Assembly (NCBI GenBank): GCA_002269645.1
Contig: NIVC01004047.1
Location: 1-62,900, forward strand
DNA length: 62,900 nt
Reading direction: 5' to 3'
Source: Macrostomum lignano
Taxonomy: Eukaryota
In this document: positions 1 through 9,246 of the stretch, piece after piece
How the letters are laid out: each line of letters opens with the position of its first letter
Numbering within the stretch: the first letter of the stretch is position 1
The notes under the pieces: model-generated
Databases searched by the model: none
Told to the model about the DNA's origin: nothing
The model's input: the letters and a program-made list of their open reading frames with translations, nothing else
Made by a program: the position numbers and the translations under genes

Positions 1-82
1 TCACACTCACAGTCACAGATCACACCTAGTCACACGATCACACTCACAGTCACAAGATCACGATCACACCGCGACCCCACAG

Positions 83-1471
83 GTGCGGGCCGTGGAACTG
101 TCGGCCCAGCTGAACAGCAACCGCCGAAGATGCAGCTGAAGCTGACCTCTCTGATGCCGACGTCGCTGCTTCAGAAGCTGGCTACACTGCACGGCGATCT
201 GGCAGTGGCCGACGCCGCCTCCGAGGTGCTGTCGCAGCTACTGCAGCTGGCGGTTCCTGACACGCCGTGCTCCACAAAGTCCCGACAGCAGCAGCAGGAT
301 CTGCTTCGCCGGCTCCTACCAGCCGCCTCGGACGCTGGTCGCCTCTCCGACCAGCTTCTAGCCGCAGTCGTTCGAACTCGTCGAGTTTTCGACGCGGCCA
401 AACGACATTCCGTGCAGATTTTGATCGATGCCGAGTACAGCCATATTAATCCTGGGATTTCGCTGTTTTATCTGGCTCTGGCCACGGTGTACAATGCCGA
501 GGATTATTGCATGGTGTTTAACACCTACCAGTGCTATCTAAGAGACACCATCGACACCTACAACTGGCACATGGATCTTCTTCTGTCGACTAGTCGGCGC
601 GGCGTTAGAGCCGGCGCGAAAATTGTTCGTGGAGCCTATTTGCACTGGGAGAACGGTCAAGGAGCCGAGATCAACGGGGTTAGTGATATGCCAATTACAT
701 TGGAGACTTGCCTGTGACAGCTTGTCTATGGCCCAATTTGATCCTCTGACACAGGCTGTCTGTGGCCCAATCGATCCCCGACACCGGTTTTCTATGGGCC
801 AATCCGATTCCCGACACCGGTTGTCTATGGCCTAATCTGATCCCCTGACTCAGGTTGTCTATGGCCCAATCTGATCCGTCTATGGCCCAATCTGATCCTC
901 TGACTCAGGTTATCTATGGCCCAATCCGATCCCCGACACCGGTTTTGTATGGCCCAATCCGATTCCTCGACACCGGTTGTCTATGACCCAATCCGATCTT
1001 GACACCGGTTGTTTGTGGCCCACTCCCTGCAGCAGTTACTATAATCTCAAACTGCAGGGTCGCAGTCGAGTCTGGAGCAGCCTCGAAGAGACTAACTGTT
1101 CGTACAACCGAGCAGTCTCAATCGCCCTAGATCGCATAGTAACCGAGGGCAGCAACTCCAGCCGTCACGAAGTGATCCTGGCAACGCAGAATTCGAACAG
1201 CATCAGTCTGTGCTTGGACGGCATGCGTAGGCGTTGCATATCGCCAGAAAGCGGCGCTGTGTCGTTCGGCCAACTGTACGGCATGGCAGACTACATCTCG
1301 GTTCCGCTAGCCCAGTCTGGTTACCAGGTGTACAAGTCCATTCCGTACGGCAGCGTGGACGAAACTCTGCTGTATTTGGTGCGCAGGGCCAACGAGAACA
1401 AGCTCATATTCGATGGGGTGCGGGAGGAGAAATCTGTGCTGAGAGCCGCGCTGCGGGCTGGTCGGGCTTAG
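83..1471 (+). CDS. PRODH2: Proline dehydrogenase family, hydroxyproline dehydrogenase-like; last two exons (83-678, 1058-1471); 5' exons lie outside the window
   Basis: Motifs LKLTSL, LIDAEY, VFNTYQCYLRD, GAKIVRGAY, FGQLYGM, YKSIPYGSVDETLLYLVRRANEN. Acceptor cag at 80-82, donor gttagt at 679, acceptor cag at 1055-1057, phase 0 join. KSIPYG is the PRODH2-type motif. Confidence 0.88.
720..1020. repeat. ~33-34 bp minisatellite (ttgtctatggcccaatccgattcccgacaccgg) in the PRODH intron
   Basis: About 9 degenerate tandem copies read directly. Confidence 0.9.
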
Positions 1472-1511
1472 GTGGTGGGTGACGACTTCACAGGCGTTGA
1501 TGGCGAGTTTA

Positions 1512-2236
1512 GGGTAGATGAGTTCAGGTGAGATGAGTTCAGGTGAGATGAGTTCAGGGTAGATGATTTCAGGGTAGATGAGTTCAGGGGAGATGAGTTC
1601 AGGTGAGATGAGTTCAGGGGAGATGAGTTCAGGGGAGATAAGTTCAGGTGAGATGAGTTCAGGTGAGATGAGTTCAGGTGAGATGAGTTCAGGGGAGATG
1701 AGTTCAGGGGAGATGAGTTCAGGGGAGCTGAGTTCAGGGAGATGAGTTCAGGGGAGATGAGTTCAGGGGAGATGAGTTCAGGGGAGATGAGTTCAGGGGA
1801 GATGAGTTCAGGGAGATGAGTTCAGGGAGATAAGTTCAGGGGAATGAGTTCAGGGAGATGAGTTCAGGGAGATGAGTTCAGGGTAGATGATTTCAGGGTA
1901 GATGAGTTCAGGGGAGATGAGTTCAGGGGAGATGAGTTCAAGGGAGATGAGTTCAGGTGAGATGAGTTCAAGGTAGATGAGTTCAGGTGAGATGAGTTCA
2001 GGGTAGATGAGTTCAGGGGAGATGAGTTCAGGGGAGATGAGTTCAGGGGAGATGAGTTCAGGTGAGATGAGTTCAGGGAGATGAGTTCAGGGGAGATGAG
2101 TTCAAGGGAGATGAGTTCAGGGGAGATGAGTTCAGGGGAGCTGAGTTCAGGCGAGATGAGTTCAGGCGAGATGAGTTCAGGCGAGATGAGTTCAGGCGAG
2201 ATGAGTTCAGGGGAGATGAGTTCCGAGGAAATGAGC
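1512..2236. repeat. 15-bp minisatellite (gagatgagttcaggg)n starting ~40 nt after the PRODH stop
   Basis: Tandem copies read directly; the SSGEM ORF is a by-product. Confidence 0.97.
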
Positions 2237-2629
2237 TTTATGTTAAAAAAACGGTTTGATAAAAAACCACAAGAGTTATGCAGTAATTAAACAATATGAT
2301 TTGGCATCTCACAGGTTGATTCACTTCACTCTGTGTGCAAAATTAACTAATGGCGCCTTCACTTGTATTTCATTCGAAATTTTCATTGCACAGAAATGTA
2401 AAATTGGACACCAACAATTTCTTAACTAAAAAGCTTGTTAAACATTTTAAAACTTTTCTTTGATTACATAAATAGCTTTTGATCGTTGCCTTCTAGCGTC
2501 AAGCTTTTACTGTCACAATTTTATGCTCGGCGTCCCAATAAAATCCTAAATATATTACTCAAAGACTACCTTTCTCGATTATTAATTACTTTCTTACTCA
2601 TACTTTCTCCTACGACAAGCCTATCAGCT

Positions 2630-3001
2630 CAGCTTCTGACCAGCTTGACCCACTCAGACCCTGACCAGCTTGACCCACTCACACCCTGACCAGCTTGACC
2701 CACTCACACCCTGACCAGCTTGACTCACTCAGTTCCTGACCAGCTCGACTCACTCACACCCTGACCAGCTTGACCCACTCACACCCTGACCAGCTTGACC
2801 CACTCACACCCTGACCAGCTTGACCCACTCACACTCTGACCAGCTTGACCCTCTCAGACCCTGACCAGCTTCACCCACTCAGACCCTGACCAGCTTGACC
2901 CACTCAGCCCCTGACCAGCTTGACCCACTCAGCTCCTGACCAGCTTGACCCACTCAGCCCCTGACCAGCTTGACCCACTCAGACCCTGACCAGCTTGACC
3001 C
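2630..3001. repeat. 25-bp minisatellite (ctgaccagcttgacccactcacacc)n overlapping the lectin-1 stop codon
   Basis: About 15 copies; the last unit on + encodes WVKLVRV* on the minus strand. Confidence 0.97.
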
Positions 3002-3742
3002 AGTCCGGGCTGCTCTCGATTTCCGGGTCGACTGGAGCGTCGGCGAACTGCAGCAGGCGGCAGGCGGCCAGCCGGCTGTTGTACAGAGCGCTGCGGCACC
3101 TGCTGCCACACAGGGAGGCTCTGACCAGGCAGGCCTTCAGCGAGGCCACTGGCTGCAGCTCATCGCAGCAGCAGTACGTGTCGGTCCGGGTTCTCGTGAA
3201 CTCAGCCGGAGTCCAGTAGCCAGCCGACTTGGTGGCGGCAGGCGGCTTCATAAACTGGCAGACGAAGCGAGTGAATCGTTGCAGGTCCTGTCTCCGAGCC
3301 GAGTCTGGCCGCTAGGGTATAAAAACCGGAGGCAGTGCGCTCCAGGGCTTCCATTTGGCTCCGTCGGGTGCCACAGCGACTCGTGTAGTGGAAAACTGCC
3401 GCCACCGCTGACCCTCTGCCAGCCGGACCTGCTGGTGTTGGCCTCGGACGCCAGGTCGTTGAGTCCAGTCCACATGTCAGTTGAGTAGCCGAGAGTCTGC
3501 AGGTTCACAGAAGCCAAGGCAGCGATGGACTCAGGCGAGTTGATGAGCTCGCCGCCCAGCTCAGAGCACACTCGGTTGGCGGAGCACCAGCTGTAGCTCT
3601 GGTTGGGCTGGATGAAGAGGCACAGCTGGGCGGCCGAGTACAGCTGGAACGGGGCCGGACAGGGGACGGTCTCGGACTGTCCGAGGCTGACACACAGCAG
3701 CAGAGCCGCTGCCAGAGCAGAGCAGCCGACATGAAGCTTCAT
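2979..3742 (-). CDS. Secreted C-type lectin + PAN/Apple-like protein, paralog 1; 1-nt deletion at ~3268 (pseudogene or assembly error)
   Basis: Signal peptide MKLHVGCSALAAALLLCVSLG; CTLD (WCSANRVC, MWTGLND, EPN, C...LGDRTC); C-terminal C-x-C-x-C-RSALYN-x-CRL module. Aligns with paralog 2 except CTCGC vs CTCGGC at the frameshift. Confidence 0.85.
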
Positions 3743-3818
3743 TTTGCCTGAGAATATTTTTCTGTGAAATGAAAGCTTTTGGTTGCTGTACGGCCGGTTT
3801 TTTAGCTGCTGCTGACTG

Positions 3819-3832
3819 GTTCCCATGGCAAC
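3819..3832 (-). promoter_or_regulatory. RFX X-box (GTTGCCATGGGAAC on the gene strand) 77-90 bp upstream of the lectin-1 ATG
   Basis: Exact match to GTHNYYATRRNAAC; same position in paralog 2. Confidence 0.6.
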
Positions 3833-4382
3833 CAGCCTCCTCATCAAACTTATGACGCCAACTGTATTATCCGCTTGCGTGCTGGTAGGGCAGAAGCCGG
3901 CAGCCTCTTCGCTAACAAGGTAGATTCTCAGAATTTTTCTCTTGCAGTTTCGCCAGCAATGGCAAACGGGCCTCCGCCATTGCTGACGGACTTCTTCTAG
4001 AAATTTCCAGTCACTTTTTTCTTGCAGCTTCAAATAATTAATGAGAAATTGGTGAAGCTTTATGACTTGATAGAACCTGCTGCCTCATACCTGTAGTTTG
4101 CTAATTGGCTCAGCCTCAATTCCAACCAACCATCTGCCGCAGGGCCCATTGTGCAGGTTCCCGCGGCTGCTTCTCCAGAAATCTAGCAAAAATTCCGGTA
4201 CATAAAAATTCATCATTCAAGAAGCAGTTGCACCAGAAATAATGGGGCACTTCATTGCTTTAAGTCTTTTTAGTGACTCGAGTAGTCAGGAAAATATTTC
4301 CCAGCTGGGAATGTAGGAAAAGCTTCTTTGGCAACCGCAAACCGATTTGGCAACGATAATAGAAATCAACCACAGTCTATTA

Positions 4383-5513
4383 TCAGTTCTCAACATAATT
4401 TCCATCTAAATCGGGTCACTTTTGCAGGCGCTGGAACCATGCGTCGAAGCATCCCCAAGATCAGCTTTGATGAAGCTGTCCAGCTCAGCTTGCAGCGCAA
4501 CAACCAGCTCCTCCCTCGAGTCGAAGCACTCCCCTTCAGACTTTTCTTCATCCTGGGAAAGAGGAAAAAGTCAGCAGGCGCCAGGTCCGGCGAATATGCC
4601 GAATGCGGCAGCTGGGCCTGCTGGGTCGCCTGAAGGAACTCCTTGGGTCACTCGTGCCCGGTGCGCTGGAGCGTTGTCCTGATGGAGGAAGATGACTTTG
4701 TCAAGCGTCTTCGGCCGCTGCTATGCGAGCGCCTCCAGAACCTGAGGCAAGCAGACGGTGCTGTACCATTCTGCCGTCACTGTGGCGCCTTGCTGCAACA
4801 GCACTGGCGGCAGGATGCCGCTGCGTCGGAAGAAAATGGCCGCCATCACTTTTCCGACGCTGCGCTCGCGACGAAATTTGAGAGGAGCATCTTCCTCGTT
4901 GGTGACCCACTGCCGACTCTGCTCCTTGGTCTCTGGGTCATAGAAGTAGACTCAGGTTTTGTCGCCAGTGAGGATGTTATCTACCAACTTTGAGCGGCCT
5001 CCGTCAAACCTGGCCGCCATGAGGTCGGCGAACTCAACTCGGGCTCGCATCTGGTCAGCGCTGAGCTGGTGGGGCACCCAGCGAGCAGACAGCTTCCTCA
5101 TGCCGAGGTGCTGGTGCAGGATCTTAATGATGGTGGAATCCGCACCCTGATGAGCTGCTCCAACCAGCAAATCGTCACTCGCTGATTTTCGTCTACGAGT
5201 AGGTGGCGTCGAACAGCAGCAACGACTCCGTCGGAAACAGCCGAACTCGGCAACCCTCGCGGGGATCATCGTCCCCAGAGTGGCCGATCTGCAGTGGAAG
5301 CGCGCAAACCACTCATACACCATCGACTGGGATGGCAGGGGGGCCACGTTCTCAGCCGAACTTTGCATGGTCACTGCGGCGCATTATTGCGACCGATCGA
5401 GCTAAAATTTTACAAGCAAACGTAGAACATACAACCCTAACTTTGTTAAGATTTGTTTGATTTGCGCATTTTTAAGCTGCATTTTCCGGGAACTTAATAA
5501 GCACCCTCTCTTA
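4383..5513 (-). mobile_element. Decayed mariner (D,D34D-type) transposon
   Basis: WVPHQL, TGDKT*VY (W to stop at 4952), HQDNAPAH, YSPDLAPADF, WFQRLQK..DGNYVE; at least 3 stops plus frameshifts; probable 5' TIR ending in TA at 5484-5513; other TIR not recognised. Confidence 0.92.
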
Positions 5514-5605
5514 ATTTAGTGCATGCAGTTTAGCACTGCACATGTCTTGACTCTGCATTTCATGCATTTTAACACGAATGGCTCTGTATCTGTTTGCTTA
5601 TTACC

Positions 5606-5776
5606 CGACTGATGACTCGGACTGATGACCCAGACTGATGACCCAGACTGATGACCCAGACTGATGACCCAGACTGATGACTCAGACTGATGACTCAGAC
5701 TGATGACCCAGACTGATTACCCAGACTGATGACCCAGACTGATGACTCAGACTGATGACCCAGACTGATGACTCAG
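5606..5776. repeat. 13-bp minisatellite (cccagactgatga)n
   Basis: Read directly. Confidence 0.95.
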
Positions 5777-6068
5777 ACGGTCTGTCGGCAACGCGAGCTC
5801 CTGTCTGATTGAAGGCACTGAGACAGGCCATGAGAGCGGACGGGCACTGCCGAGTGCTCAAAAGCCAAGCGATGTCGCTGCACATACTTGGGCATCGATA
5901 GCAGGCAGGGTTTCAGTACGGCTGACGGGAAGATGCAGCGCTGCGATGAGGATGCCTCAGCAGCCTCATTTGTTGGACTTTCATTTGCTGGCCTCGAGCC
6001 TAAAAGATCGCGTCAGCAGCTGCATGGAACCGAAAAGCGCGAGAACCCAATGTGGCCAAGGAGCTCGG

Positions 6069-6460
6069 ATGCAGCCATGGGTGCCATTAACCTGCATGTG
6101 TCCTCAGCAGCCATGGGTGCCATTAACCTGCATGCACCCTCAGCAGCCATGGGTGCCATTAACCTGCATGTGTCCTCAGCAGCCATGGGTGCCATTAACC
6201 TGCATGCACCCTCAGCAGCCATGGGTGCCATTAACCTGCATGCACCCTCAGCAGCCATGGGTGCCATTAACCTGCATGTGTCCTCAGCAGCCATGGGTGC
6301 CATTAACCTGCATGCACCCTCAGCAGCCATGGGTGCCATTAACCTGCATGCACCCTCAGCAGCCATGGGTGCCATTAACCTGCATGCACCCTCAGCAGCC
6401 ATGGGTGCCATTAACCTGCATGCACCCTCAGCAGCCATTGGTCCCATTTACCTGCATGTA
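6069..6460. repeat. 36-bp minisatellite (cagcagccatgggtgccattaacctgcatgcaccct)n
   Basis: About 11 copies, two variant types (gcaccct/gtgtcct). Confidence 0.95.
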
Positions 6461-6847
6461 TTCTGCCCCGGCAGCAGTCCTAAGGCTCTGCGTTTGAACA
6501 CTCAAAGTGCATGCATGTAATGGATCGACTCAGCTGAAAAAGTGCAAGCATTTGTTATATTTAGCATTGCCAAAGGCATTACATGTTCGTAAAATTGACA
6601 AGAGTTAACAGGCATTTACGAGTTAAATTACATAATAGTAAAACTTCTTTTCTACTTTCAAAATGAAGGAAAAAGGCCATGAAGCTCTAAAACAAAAAAC
6701 AAAAGATAAAGACATGATGTATCACAATAGAAGCAGCAAAGAGAGCCAGCTATGTCAGAAGGACTACGAAATGAAGACTTACTACTGATATACGATTGTA
6801 AATGTGTGAATCCGATTGCTTCAGAAAGTTTTTGTTTGTGTTGGTTA

Positions 6848-7131
6848 CTTGACCCAGCTCCTGACCAGCTTGACCCACTCAGCTCCTGACCAGCTTGACC
6901 CACTCACACCCTGACCAGCTTGACCCACTCAGCCCCTGACCAGCTTGACCCACTCACACCCTGACCAGCTTGACCCACTCACATCCTGACCAGCTTGACC
7001 CACTCAGCTCAGCTCCTGACCAGCTTGACTCACTCAGCTCCTGACCAGCTTGACCCACTCACACCCTGACCAGCTTGACCCACTCAGCCCCTGACCAGCT
7101 TGACCCACTCAGCCCCTGACCAGCTTGACCC
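6848..7131. repeat. 25-bp minisatellite, same family as 2630-3001, overlapping the lectin-2 stop
   Basis: Same unit; the terminal unit encodes WVKLVRG* on the minus strand. Confidence 0.97.
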
Positions 7132-7867
7132 AGTCCGGGCTGCGCTCGATTTCCGGGTCGACCGGAGCGTCGGCGAACTGCAGCAGGCGGCAGGCGGCCA
7201 GCCGGCTGTTGTACAGAGCGCTGCGGCACCTGCTGCCACACAGGGAGGCTCTGACCAGGCAGGCCTTCAGCGAGGCCACTGGCTGCAGCTCATCGCAGCA
7301 GCTTCGGGTTCTTGTGAACTCAGCCGGAGTCCAGTAGCCAGCCGACTGGGTGGCGGCAGGCGGCTCCACGAACTGGCAGACGAAGCCGAGCAAAATGTGG
7401 CAGTACCTGTCGCTCAGTCTTAGAGAATCGCCCACAGGTAAGATCCGAATGCAATCCTCTTTGAAGTTGCCGCTCGGCTCTCCGTGGTACCACAGCGAAT
7501 CTTCTTTAGGCAGAACGCCGCCGTCGTTGACCCTCTGCCAGCCAGACCGATTTGTGCCGGCCTCAGCCGCCAGGTCGCTCAGCCCGATCCACCAAGACCC
7601 GTTGAAGTTGCCATCAGTCAGGTTCCAAGATTTCACAAGAGCCAGGGACTCGGGCGAGTTGATGAGCTCGCCGCCCAGCTCAGAGCACCTTCGGTTGGCG
7701 GAGCACCAGCTGTAGCTCTGGTTGGACTCGACAAACAGACACAGCTGGGTGGCGGTGCGCAGCCGCTTGAACGGAGCCGGGCAGGAGACCGTCGTTCGGG
7801 ACTGCGCTGGGCAGACAGTCAGCAGCAGCAGAGCAGCGGACACGAGCTCAGTGGCTAGGAGCTTCAT
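7109..7867 (-). CDS. Secreted C-type lectin + PAN/Apple-like protein, paralog 2 (intact single-exon CDS, 252 aa)
   Basis: Signal peptide; CTLD with WWIGLSD, EPS, EDC, LSDRYC, GFVCQ; PAN-like C-terminal domain; uninterrupted ORF. Confidence 0.9.
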   Translation of the reverse strand: MKLLATELVSAALLLLTVCPAQSRTTVSCPAPFKRLRTATQLCLFVESNQSYSWCSANRRCSELGGELINSPESLALVKSWNLTDGNFNGSWWIGLSDLAAEAGTNRSGWQRVNDGGVLPKEDSLWYHGEPSGNFKEDCIRILPVGDSLRLSDRYCHILLGFVCQFVEPPAATQSAGYWTPAEFTRTRSCCDELQPVASLKACLVRASLCGSRCRSALYNSRLAACRLLQFADAPVDPEIERSPDWVKLVRG

Positions 7868-7949
7868 CACTTTTAGCAGTGCCAGAAATTAGCAGCAGCC
7901 TTAGCTTGCATCACAAAGCTAAATTCAGAGCAGGTTTGTTGCTGCGGCC

Positions 7950-7963
7950 GTTGCCATGGCTAC
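7950..7963 (-). promoter_or_regulatory. RFX X-box (GTAGCCATGGCAAC on the gene strand) 83-96 bp upstream of the lectin-2 ATG
   Basis: Exact match to GTHNYYATRRNAAC. Confidence 0.6.
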
Positions 7964-9246
7964 AAATGGACTAGTATTTGCTGAGCTTTCTTTGGAAGAT
8001 TAATTTCAGAGTCGATCTGTGTAAGCATGATGGATTTACAAAAATATTGAACTTGTTTACCTTTAATTAACCACGCCATCTAATGCGTCATGCAGCAGGT
8101 GTAGCCCTTGGTCCATGTAAATATCATTTAACAGTGGGCTAAGCCTATGTAAATAAAAATGTGCGAAAAGTGAACCAAGTAAAATGTATAACATTGATCT
8201 AACAGTCAATAAAACAGGCCTGGTGCATGGCCTAGTAGTTTCTCGTAACGTATCGCCCCTCGATGGATGTTGTTTGAGTCACGCGAATCATTTATTGTGT
8301 GAACTAAAGCGTGCCAACTGCAGGAGACTTCAACAGTGCCAGCCAGTGTCAGTATATTACAGTAGATAGACACCACAACAGTTTTTTACTACTCAAAGTA
8401 GAAATCCTTGCGTAATCGTAGTTTCAAGAGTCAGTTAACATTTTCTGTTAAAATTCTCAACATCTTGAAAACTTCACTTCCTCCATGAAGTCATAAATAA
8501 AAAATCAATTGACTCATTTTTTACAAAGCTTTCAATTGTATGGATTTTCAACTGTGCTTGAATGATTCAAGTAAGGTATTTTTTATTCAATTTATATTTT
8601 ATACGTAATTGCTTTGTGTTCTCTTTCTGTCATCAAAAAGAAATTCGACGCTTGCATAAGCGAACTCTGAATAAACTGAAACAAAACATGAAAAAATATA
8701 CCAAGATTCTAATATTAATAACTTTTTGCTTTGAATAATAGAGTAGTTTAGTGACAAAGCGAAATGACAAATGACAAGAATACTTTTCATCAGTACGTAG
8801 ATATATATAAATTATACATATTTTGACATTAATTAATGCCAACAGGGACTACAGCAGAGACGAAGCTTTAGTGTTCAAAATCTGGATAAAACAGTGCCAA
8901 TTTAGCTTTACTCTGGTTTTTAATGAAAATTTCAAATTTGCCTCGTTTTTACCTACTTAAAGTAGTCATACAGGGCTAAATTGTATGTTGAATATACTCG
9001 TACGAGTTGAATAATTTAACATTTGCAATCACAACGGGGATAATTAATGTATAAACACAGAAATAAATAAATTAACAAAACTGTACTCAAATATGTAGTT
9101 TCTAAATTGGATCCACTGGAACTTACAAGCAGCAACGAACGTAATAATATTTGAATAATGGAAATGATGAATTTTTCAAATTGCGTGTTTTTTTGTTAAA
9201 ATTATCCAGATCGCGTCATTGACTAAAGGCCAGCACGCCAGCGCTC

